In this document: one piece after another, positions 11,235 to 21,460 of the stretch
Numbering within the stretch: the stretch's first letter is position 1
Layout of the letters: each line of letters starts with the position of its first letter
Assembly: GCF_964188315.1 (NCBI RefSeq)
Contig: NC_135661.1
Location: 9,858,001 to 9,922,000, forward strand
Direction: 5' to 3'
Length of the DNA: 64,000 bases
Source of the DNA: Podarcis muralis
Lineage: Eukaryota
Notes under the pieces: generated by a model
What the model was told of the DNA's origin: nothing
What the model saw: the letters and a program-made list of their open reading frames with translations, nothing else
Databases searched by the model: none
Translations under genes and position numbers: made by a program

Positions 11235-11456
11235 CAGTGGTACCTTGGGTTACATACGCTTCAGGTTACAGATTCCGCTAATGCAGAAATAGTACCTTGG
11301 GTTAAGAACTTTGCTTCAGGATGAGAAAAGAAATCGTGTTCCGGTGATGCGGCAGCAGTGGGAGGCCCTGCTAAAGTGGTGCTTCAGGTTAAGAACAGTT
11401 TCAGGTTAAGAACAGATCTCCAGAACAAATTAAGTTCTTAACCCGAGGTACCACTG
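11235..11456. mobile_element. Tc1/mariner-type MITE
   Basis: TA|CAGTGGTACC...GGTACCACTG|TA: terminal inverted repeats flanked by TA. Confidence 0.85.
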
Positions 11457-11858
11457 TACTCCAAAGCCACCAGCTTTGGGAAGTGGCAGGGCACCCTCTG
11501 GCATGTGGGTGTCATTGGCAGCACATTCCCCAGTTAGTGGGCTCTGGGGGTCTTTCCAGGGATGTCTTGGGTTTGTGTGCTGTTGTTGCTTTTTCTGCTG
11601 TTTTTGATTATTATTATTTTTATCTTCCTTTCCTGGGCTGTGTAAGCCTAGAACTTGGTGGCTGTCCCCCTGAAATCTGGGACTGTCCCTGGAAAATAGG
11701 GAGGGTCTTAAAGGGGAGACCCCAACCCCTAGACGGGGGGTTTTGACTTCTAGGCAACAGCCGACAGTGGCCCTTCTGCTTAGTCCGTCATACAAGGCCT
11801 CTGCTCCTTCTCACAGAGGAAATGAATAAAAGTGTGGGAAGCTGTTGAAAGAGAAGTA

Positions 11859-12097
11859 CAGTGGTACCTCGGGTTAAGTACGGTACTTAATTCGTTCCGG
11901 AGGTCCGTTCTTAACCTGAAACTGTTCTTAACCTGAAGCGCCACTTTAGCTAATGGGGCCTCCCGCTGCCGCCGGAGCATGATTTCTGTTCTTATCCTGA
12001 ATCAAAGTTCTTAACCCAAGGTAATATTTCTGGGCTAACGGAGTCTGTAACCTGAAGCGTATGTAACCTGAAGCGTATGTGACCCGAGGTACTACTG
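11859..12097. mobile_element. Tc1/mariner-type MITE (same family, opposite orientation)
   Basis: TA|CAGTGGTACCTCGGGT...ACCCGAGGTACTACTG|TA. Confidence 0.85.
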
Positions 12098-14206
12098 TAT
12101 TACAGCTAACAGTGGGGGGGCAAGGGGATGTTTCCAAATGGAGGGGTTCTGTCTTAAGTGTTGCTGCCCCATCAGGGCAAGGAAGGCTGACCAAGCTCAT
12201 TTGAACCTTTCACTCAGGTAAACAAGAAGAGGACCCACTCCCGTGCCCTTAAGGAGGGTTTTGCTCAGGGAGCCGGCTTTAGGCAACAGGAGGAACCTCA
12301 CACCCCCTTCCTTTGAATCAGGAAGCCCCCTCCCCCTTTCTTTACCAGGGACCCAAGCAAGGACCACCCCCCACCACCCCAATTCTCCTCCTTACCCGTT
12401 ATTTCATGGCGAGACATGGGCAGAGTCCCAGTGCCAACATCCAGGGGGAGTTTGGAGTCCCGGCAGGGTCAGGTGTGCTGTGAGGAAGCACACACACCCC
12501 CAGGACTGCTGAAGATGGAGCGAGAAGGAATGCAGAAAGCTGTCGCATGTCAGGTGGCAAGACAGGTTTGACGGCAGTGGATTCCCCAGGCGCAAGAGGA
12601 GGCTTCGCTCTTGGCCAGGGCTCCGGAGCCAAAGGCTGGGAGGGCAGGAACAGGTTGCAGCAGAAAGGTTCCTGAGATCCAGGAGAATGGAAAAATAGGG
12701 TTGCTATGTTTTCTGGATGAGGAGGGCCCTGGGAATCCAAGGAGCTGGTAAGACCGAGGTGAAACTGCAGCTCCCTTGTTATTTTTGCTGTTGGGTGTTG
12801 ATGTAATGGTGTAACAGCGTTGGAATGTTGTTCTATTTTTTCTTGTGTTCTTTTATTCCCTTATAATGACATTGCTTTCTGCATTGCTTGATTTTGAAAT
12901 GCATTTTTTGGGGTTGTAAGCCGCTTTGAGCAATGATGTGTGTAGTAAAGTGGCATACAAGTAAATTTATGAATGAATGGTTAGCCATGCTTCCGTTTCT
13001 CCGAGCGACACAACACACACAAGAACATTAAAGAACCATCTCCAAGCATCACAGATGGATTGCATCCATAATCCATGATAATCAATGTTGTTTTAAAAAG
13101 TCACAAAAGAAGGAAATCAAGGATGTGCCTGTGTCATCAACAGTTAAAATGTCATAGCTGCCCTTTTTCAGGTGCCCGGGGAAATATATTTCAGACTCCT
13201 CCTGCTGTTGTGAGGTGGGGGCTTCAAGCTCCTTGCAGTGGTTCTCTTTTAAGGTTGTCCTGCAGTGTCGTCCCCCACCCACCAGTAACTTGTAGATAAA
13301 TAATAACAGATTCCTTTATTTATATTATTTATTTAATTATTAATAAAATTTGTACAGCACCCTTCATATTGTAGATCTCAGGGCAGTTCAAAACATACAA
13401 ATGCAAGATTATATATAAACACGTTAAACATAATAAAAACGAGAGCAAAATTTCCAGAGAGGCGGCATCTTAAAAAGACATGCAGAATCTGCTCAGGGCT
13501 GTGTCCACAGGTGACCTGTCTGCCCAAAGGCTGCTCAGTGGCGCGACTGAGGCAGGGGCGGGTCACAAGCCCAGCAGAAGGCCCACCCTTCATTTTAACC
13601 GAGTTCTTCACGTTCTGCTAATTTCTTTTGAAACAAATATTATGTTCAAGCCCTGATGCGCCAGATCTTTTCTCCTTATGAGTCCAGTGGAGGGGAATTT
13701 GAAGGCAGAAAATTTGAAGACCCGCAGTGACCTCACTGGAGATCTCAGCCATGCCACAGAAACCATGGCTGTACGCCACAGTGTGGCTTCAGAAGGGAAT
13801 GTGCATGTTCAGGGGGAGGCAGGATTAGTGCTGGAGACCATCAGCTGGGGGGGAGCGGGGCTATTCACACACAGCCTGAGGCTTCGTCCCAGGGGTATCT
13901 ACCTGGATACGAAGTGCTGGATCTTGTGAGGCAGCTTCTTTGCCCTTAGTGACCTGCCTGGAGTGGACCCCATGATGGCTGAGAGGGATGTCCAGCAGTG
14001 GCCTCTCCACACCCGGACACCTTTACAGCTGCTCCATCCGAAAGCGTCCACTTTTGATGAGGGTGGGAGGGCTAGGATGGCTGAGAGAGGAGGAAAAAAG
14101 AGATTGATGGCTTGGAAATCCTCCCAGGTGCCTCAGGACCCCTCGGTGTGGCTGTGCCAGGCACTTGGGCAGGTCTGGGGGCGGGGGGGGGGGTGCCCCT
14201 CAAGGC

Positions 14207-17200
14207 TCAGCAGGGTTGGAAATAAAAGTCCACCACATGAGAAGGCCCTGGGAGCTGCGTGAGGCCCAGAGGTTCGTTGGCCCTGGAAGAGGTGCACAGG
14301 AACCAGCCAGGATGGGCCGCCGACTCAAACCGCCAAGCCCCGTCTTTGTTAGAGGAGAAGAAGGTGAAGCGGCTGGACTCCTTCCTGCCGCCTTTGGGCA
14401 GATCTGTGATGTTGACGGTCTGCGGAGAAGGAGAAAAGGAAGCGATCTGGTGAGGGAGGGAGGCAGGCAGCTGACCCCTGTCTGCTTTGGGCTAGCGTCC
14501 CCTTGACTAGTGAGAGGCAAGAGAGGGTTCCTAAGGAAGACAGAACATAAGAAGAACCTGCTGGATCAGGACCATGTCCCTCGTGGCCCAGCATCGAGTT
14601 CTCGCACAGGCCAACCAGATGGCCCAATTGGAGGCCCACAAGCAGGATTCGAATGCAAGAGTCCTGTGGCTTCCAGCAACTAGTAATTCAGAAGCATTTT
14701 TGCCTCCAACTGTGGAGGCAGAGCAGACCTATCATGGCTAGTAGCCCTTAATAATAATAATAATAATAATAATAATTTATTTATACCCCGCCCATCTGGC
14801 TGAGTTTCCCCAGCCACTCTGGGCGGCTTCTAATCAAGTGTTAAAAACAATACAGCATAAAATATTAAAAACTTCCCTAAACAGGGCTGCCTTCAGATGT
14901 CTTTTAAAAATAAGATAGCTACTTATTTCCTTCGCATCTGAAGGGAGGGCGTTCCACAGGGCGGGCGCCACCACCGAGAAGGCCCTCTGCCTGGTTCCCT
15001 GTAACCTCGCTTCTCAGAGGGAGGGAACCGCCAGAAGGCCCTCGGAGCTGGTCTGAGCTGAACAATGGAGGTGGAGACGCTCCTTCAGGTATACAGGACC
15101 GAGGCCGTTTAGGGCTTTAAAGGTCAGCACCAACACTTTGAATTGTGCTCGGAAACGTACTGGGAGCCAATGCAGATCTCTCTGCACCGGTGTCATGTGG
15201 TCCCGGCGGCCACTCCCAGTCACCAGTCTAGCTGCCGCAATGGCCCGCTCCTCCATGTAAAGCAGGCACCCCCAAACTCAGCCCTCCAGATGTTTTGGGA
15301 CTACAGTTCCCATCATCCCTGACCAATGGTCCTGTTAGCTAGGGATGGTGGGAGTTGTAGTCCCAAAAACATCTGGAGGGCCGAGTTTGGGGATGCCTGA
15401 TGTAAAGGCATGGATTTGTCAGGTAGCAGCTACCCAGACTTTCCAAGGCCAGCCTGCCGCTGAAGGGTAGAGTCCTTCCTGCTCCCGCCACCCCTCCCTG
15501 GCTCTCTGCTCTTAAGCTGGCACGTGACTGTTGGAGGATTTATGGTGAGGCTTCATGGCCCCTCCACGAGCACATCCTATGGGGATGCCAAACTGCCTCT
15601 CCTCTCCTCACCTCAAGCTGCAGCGCAGGCCAGGCGCCGGCAGAGCAGGCCAGGCACCTCTTCCCGTCCTGAATGCTCAAGATGATGGAGAACTTCTCGT
15701 GGTCAAAGGCCCGGTTGTGAATCCAGTAGATCTTCTCTAGGGATGGGAAAGAGTAGGTGAGAGAGTCTGTTGGCATCCTGTGGGGAATCCCATTAGAGAG
15801 GCTGGAGGTGTGAGGGCATTCCCAGGGGTCATACTGATGGGTGATGTCAGGGTTAGGGGCTCAGTAGCAGTCAGAGGAGGGACGCGGGTGGCGCTGTGGG
15901 TTAAACCACAGAGCCTAGGACTTGCCGATCAGAAGGTCGGCGGTTCGAATCCCCGCGACGGGGTGAGCTCCTGTTGCTCGGTCCCTGCTCCTGCCAACGT
16001 AGCAGTTTGAAAGCACGTCAAAGTGCAAGTAGATAAATAGGTACCACTCTGGCGGGAAAGTAAATGGCATTTCCGTGCGCTGTTCTGGTTCGCCAGAAGC
16101 GGCTTAGTCATACTGGCCACATGACCCGGAAGCTGGACGTCGGCTCCTTCAGCAAATAAAGCGAGATGAGCGCCGCAACCCCAGAGTCGATCACAACTGG
16201 ACCTAATGGTCAGGGGTCCCTTTACCTTTTAGCAGTCAGAGGACGAGGGCGTGGTCTACCCTTGCCTCTTTTGCTGACCTGGAGGGAGGTGGGGGGGACG
16301 ACCTTCAAGCCCAGGATGCTGGTGGCCTTGCATACGCAACCTGCCCCTAGCTTAGAGGGCCACAACCAGGGAAAAGAAGGGTGTCCAGTTTCCTTTCCCG
16401 GCGACTGATGCCAAGACACGGGAGCCCATAAGAGAAATCCAGAGCTGAGGATCGAGGTAGAAGTTGGGGATGGCAGAAGCGGTGAAGAGGCAGAACAAGA
16501 GTGTGAGAATGAGCAGGAGAAAGTCTGCAGGAGAGGGAAGCGATGGTGGAGGCAGGAGCACATAGTGGTGCACACATGGGCACGCACACAAACAAACAAA
16601 CACGTTCTGTGGCATGCAAGCAATCGAGGGCAGCACCAACGCAGAAGGAAAAGAACAGGCTGTGCTGATGGAAGGAGAAATTTGCAGGCCTCCCTTTGAG
16701 ATATCATAGAATTTAAACGGACCCCACTGATTCAAGCCCCTGCAAAGCAGGAATCACAGTTATGTTCCAGGCTCCCCAAGTGGTCCAACCCCAGGTCCTG
16801 TCTGCCCAGTGGGAAGGAAGCATTGGTTGTGTCCACAATATGGGTCACATCCAACCCATGAGGAATAGTTCTTCTCCCACCAGCCTATAAGCTTCAGGAA
16901 AGCAAAACTCTGCAGACTCACCTTCCAGGGCAGAATCAGGGCCTTGCAGGTATCCAGCTACCAGCTCATTGTTCTGGAGGTAGAGGGACTTCTGGTTGAC
17001 ATCCCAGATTCTGAAAACAAACAAGGCTGCCTTTACAAGAAAAATCTTTCCCTTTTCTCTCACCTGCCACAAACCTGTTAGTCTAATCCTCAGCATTATC
17101 CAGATCTTTTGGTGTGCATGCGTGCAAAGAGGACCGAGCTGCCTCAGAACTGACCAATCAGCATGGACACCTCATTGCCCATACCTGGTTCCACAGCCTG

Positions 17201-17956
17201 CCATTTACAAAACCCACCAGCACTGGCAATGCCAAAGACCCTGGCCAGGGCGATGCTTGTCCCTTTCTAGGCAGAGTGGCAGCGGTTCATCACCCCCAGC
17301 AACCCCTTTCACGCATCAGGCTTGCCTCCCCAACCCCTTGTACTGGCAGCATTGCCAGGCAACCTCAAACTCGCCAGAAGAAAATCAGATGCAAAACTGG
17401 ACTGAAAAGAAACACCTTGCATTCCTAATGTGATAAAATAGAGCTGTATTCTTGCATTGGGCAGTGTGAACGGGGAGGGAAGGTGTGTTGTCAGTCCATC
17501 CCATGAGAGGAGAGATTCCCTTTCACACTCTTCGCTAGCTGCAAGACTCAATATTCATCTACTTTGATGAGAAGCTTGTTTGGTCTTAAGAGCGACACCT
17601 GATTCCAGGCAAAAAAGCAGAAATCGGGCATTGTCAAATGTGCAGGATCTGCTGTTTCTATCCAGTTTGCGAAGGCTGGAACAGCCTTGACTAGGGACAG
17701 AGTTTTTTGGTGGGCACAGAAGTTTCTATATTCTCACAAGCATCCAGTTAGCACCCTCTCCCTCCCAGGTTACATTTGCCACTTACGAAGAAGCACCCAC
17801 TCTGCCATGGAAACCACCTGTACACAATTGGGCCCAGGGCACTTACCTGGACCTGAAGACGGCTGCCTGGGCAAAGACCTTCTTCTCCCCATCTGGACAG
17901 AGAACAGAAAGGAGGAAGAGGAGGATGTGACTTCTAGGGTATTTGTGTGACTCCAT
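14207..17956 (-). CDS. IL1RN: Interleukin-1 receptor antagonist, secreted form, 4 exons, 178 aa
   Basis: Exons 17956-17847 (110 nt), 17010-16922 (89), 15736-15612 (125), 14419-14207 (213); all GT-AG with consistent phases. Protein [22 protein letters not shown]...[28 protein letters not shown]...[15 protein letters not shown]...DFYFQPC*, close to recalled human [25 protein letters not shown] and FESAACPGWFLCT. Adjacent to PSD4. Confidence 0.93.
14747..15237 (-). mobile_element. L2-clade LINE 3' fragment
   Basis: Encodes [29 protein letters not shown]; ends in an (AAT)n/(TTA)n tail. Confidence 0.75.
15263..15399. mobile_element. Palindromic hAT-type MITE
   Basis: CAGGCACCCCCAAACTC...GAGTTTGGGGATGCCTG, almost wholly self-complementary; perfect 8-bp TSD ATGTAAAG. 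Confidence 0.85.
15880..16228 (+). mobile_element. Sauria SINE (A)
   Basis: Full head-to-tail match to the copy at 7127. Confidence 0.85.
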
Positions 17957-18007
17957 TCTAAATCAGGCATTACCAGGTAGCTCTGCTTGACCAGTGAGGC
18001 TGATCCC

Positions 18008-18121
18008 TTTTTATAGATCCCTTGACAACCAGTGGGTGGGAATGTACATGATTGCTAGACACTGTAATTAATTCTGTGGTCGGGTCCCAGGATTTCCAGC
18101 AGCTCTTTTGCATGTTGCAAT
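18008..18121 (-). promoter_or_regulatory. Probable promoter of secreted IL1RN (TATA box and C/EBP-like site)
   Basis: Minus-strand TATAAAAA at 18015-18008, about 55 nt upstream of the ATG; TGTTGCAAT at 18113-18121. Confidence 0.55.
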
Positions 18122-19169
18122 TCATGTCGCAACTTTGGACGCTGAAACTAAAGTTCCCTAAAATGACAGCTGAAGCTCCTTCCTCTTGCTACGTGCAAAG
18201 GGGAGGAAAGAGTAACACATAAACGGAGTGGCAAGAAACCCTGACGCATTTTTAAATTATGCCCATAGCAGGGAATACAGATATTCCAAATGCTTCACTC
18301 TTCAAAAGAAAGCAAAGACTCAATTCCTCGATAAGAGCTGTAGCCAGCAACCGCATTTGAGCAGAGCATTATCTCAAATCTCAAAACAACAGCTGGTCTC
18401 TGTTTAAAATAGGCTCACCGACGGTCCCAGCTTCTGCACTCCGCTACCCAACCACCCTGTTCCGGCATTTCCGCTTACAGAATGAACCAATTCACCACAA
18501 GGCGAGCATGAGAAGCAGTTGGTCTTGCTCCCTTGACTTGGTGTCTTGCAAATGACCAAAGTTAGAAAAGAGGCAACACTCGAGTGCACTAAAGCACGCC
18601 ATACTGTACCAGCAAAGTTGGAGGGTTCCTGCTCCTGCTGGTCACACATGGTTTCAATCCTGGTGCCTGGGTGGCCTTGTGGGCCTCACCCCAGCTATTT
18701 ATGGAGCACTTTTAGGAGGCGTGGCCAGGCTTGGGATGGTGTCGACAGAAAAGTGTAATCACGAAATATGCAAGAGATAATTGCATCTTGAGACAAAGCT
18801 CTCTCGAATCATTCCCCAAACCTTGAGTGGCCCTTTGCAGTGTTGCTCAATTATGCTTCTTGTCAATTTTGCACCCCTCCAGCTCTGTAACCTTTATGGG
18901 GGGGAATTGCCCAGATCACCTAAATCCAGCAGTGGAGGAGTTGCCTGCTGTTCATGGTAGAGCTTGATGAGGCTGTTTTAGGGAGTGTCAGAAAGGGGGT
19001 ATTCCGTCCCTGCTCTGAACTGCTCTGCTATTTTTATCTGTATCTCCTTCTATGCTTGCAAGAAATATTTCTTTGGCATCTCCCAGTGTGATGGTTGTCC
19101 CTTGCTCTGTGTATGGTTGTAGGGGGGCTGGTGCCAGCTGAGTGTGTTTGGGACATAATAAGATATTAC

Positions 19170-19430
19170 AGAGACCAATAAGATATTATAGACAAATGCC
19201 TAAAGGGCTGTCACACGAAAGATGGAGCAAACCTGTTCTGGAGGGTGAGACTCGAACCAATGGATTCAAGTTACAAGAAAGGAAATTCCAACTAAGCATT
19301 AGGAAGAACTTTCTGCCAGTAAGAGCTATCAGTGGAACGGTGGTGGACTTTCCTTCCTGCGAGGTTTGTAGCAGAGCTTGGCCATTTGTTATGGATGCTT
19401 TAGTTGAGATTCCTGCATTGCACAATTCTG
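19170..19430 (+). mobile_element. CR1 LINE 3' fragment
   Basis: Encodes TRTNGFKLQERKFQLSIRKNFL, a typical CR1 ORF2 C-terminus. Confidence 0.7.
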
Positions 19431-20879
19431 ATTCTGAACTTGGGGTCCTTGGGAGGAATCAGCAGCTTCATGTGGGCTTGTTTACAGCATCATGCTCTGT
19501 TGGCACTTTTTGTGTACATCCATCTATGACTGGCTGTGTGTGGTGGGCAGTGTGCATTGACTGGGTGACTAAGGACACAGTGTGCATCACTGAGTCCCCT
19601 CGGCCAGGCTTGGACTCTCTGGCAGTACTAGACCACTTCCAAAATACAGCTATTGTTTAAGCTTTCGTTAGTTTGATATATAAATGACTGAAGCAAGGTC
19701 TGTTTACCCAGGACAGCTTGTCTCAAGTGAAGAGGAAGCTGCTATTCTGAGAAAAAAGGAACTTCAGATTGGCTTACGTTGAAAGGGTACATGATGCTTA
19801 CTCATAGACCAGCACCGTGTAGGAAATGGTCTCCTATGGACACAAACTGAGGTATGAGGAAATGAGATCATTTCCAATAAGACTTGTCCATATTCAGGAA
19901 CGCATGGCTGCAAGATGTTGTGCAACGCATGTCCAGCCCCCATGAAAAAATTATGCACGTCTGTGGTCACTTTTGGTGTGTGTCACCAGCTGAACACGAT
20001 CCAGCAGTGGTTATGCTAATCGTGTTAACAGAAACGGAGGCTTTTAGATAACAGGAAGCAACCAGTCCTACTCAATTCCACATTGCTCTGGCCACCTTCT
20101 GAGTGCCACGTTACAAGAGCCTACTGGGTCCACTGCAGCATGTACAGAGGAGGGCAGCCAGGAGAGTGAGGGGGGTGGCTAGAAAACCAGGCGGAATGGT
20201 TGGAAGGAGCCAGCTTCGCCTTAACCTGGAGAATCAAAACAAAAAAAATTCCTTCCAGTAGCACCTTAAAGACCAACTAAGTTAGTTCTTGGTATGAGCT
20301 TTCGTGTGCATGCACACTTCTGGAGAAACTGGAGAATCAAAGAATTGTAGAGCTGGAACGCACTGGCTCAACCTCCTGCATTGCAGGAAATACTGCCGGA
20401 GAAGCCCCGATTAGCAGAAGACAGCGGTGTTCAAATGCCGGAATATCCCGGTATGCGTGCCTGGTGGGGAATGTGTGTTCCCCGCCCCCACTCCAACATT
20501 TAAATATTCTGGGATTCCATGTTATTTTTCTGCTAGTAAATGATCAGTAAACTCCAACGCAGCTGCGCCTCTCGCTCAGTCCTGCTCAGGCGGAAGGGCA
20601 GCAGGAGGAAATGCCGGACCAGATGCATAGCTGTCAACTTTTCCCATTTTTTAAGGGAAATTCCCTTATTCCGAATAGGATTCCTCGCCAGAAAAAGGGA
20701 AAGTTGACAGCTATGACCAGATGCCCGTTTAGTTTTCCCATCGTAGAGGCCTTAGTCCTCCTCCCCCTCCTCCCTGCAGGGGTTAAAAGGGCCCCGAGGA
20801 GCCTTGGGGTTGGGCTCGATGACCACGCGGGAGCCCTTCCTCCCTGCTGCCTCTTCCGCTCGGGCTTCAGGGAAGGGCA

Positions 20880-21460
20880 AGCCTCCCCAGGCTTTCTGCG
20901 CACGCGCAGCCTCCTCCTCCGTCGGGCAGAGTCACCTGACCGGCGCTGTTTTCCCCCTCGGCGCATGCGCAGCACTCGGCGCTGTTTCCACCTCCGGCGA
21001 GGGGTGGTGTTGGGGAGGGCAGCCTCGGCGCATGCGCAGCAATTGACAGCGTCGGCCAGCGTCGTCCATGGCAGGCGGGTGTCGCTCGGGGGATCCCGCG
21101 GCCTTCTCGGCCCGGCCGCCGGGGTGGCGGCTCGCGGCGGCGGCGGCGCTGCTGATGCTGCTGGCGGCGGGCCGCGGGGCGCAGGCGCTCTACTTCCACA
21201 TCGGGGAGACGGAGAAGCGCTGCTTCATCGAGGAGATCCCTGACGAGACCATGGTTATCGGTGCGCATGCGCGAGGAGGAGAGGGAGAGGCGGGGGTGGG
21301 GGAGAGCGCGGGGGGTGCGCGCGCACCGGCTCACCTGTCCCCTGTCCCCTGTTGACGGTGGCGGGCCTGTTCCTCCGCTCCGCAGGGAACTACCGGACGC
21401 AGCTGTGGGACAAACAGTCCGAGGCCTTCCTGCCCTCCACGCCGGGCCTGGGCATGTTCG
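20880..21460 (+). promoter_or_regulatory. TMED4 CpG island with NRF1-type sites
   Basis: GCGCATGCGC at 20961, 21028 and 21263; CpG-rich across exons 1-2. Confidence 0.7.

Noticed and set aside
14207-17010. IL36RN, IL1F10 or IL1B as the identity of the IL-1-family gene
   Set aside because: [17 protein letters not shown], a signal-peptide exon, the 89-nt second exon and adjacency to PSD4 all fit IL1RN.
17787-17808. ATG plus TTC|GTAAGT mini-exon in IL1RN intron 1
   Set aside because: The donor is phase 1 but exon 2 needs phase 2, so the join is out of frame.
18419-18450. Donor TCG|GTGAGC as the intracellular IL1RN first exon
   Set aside because: Phase fits, but an in-frame TAG lies 9 codons upstream with no ATG in between.
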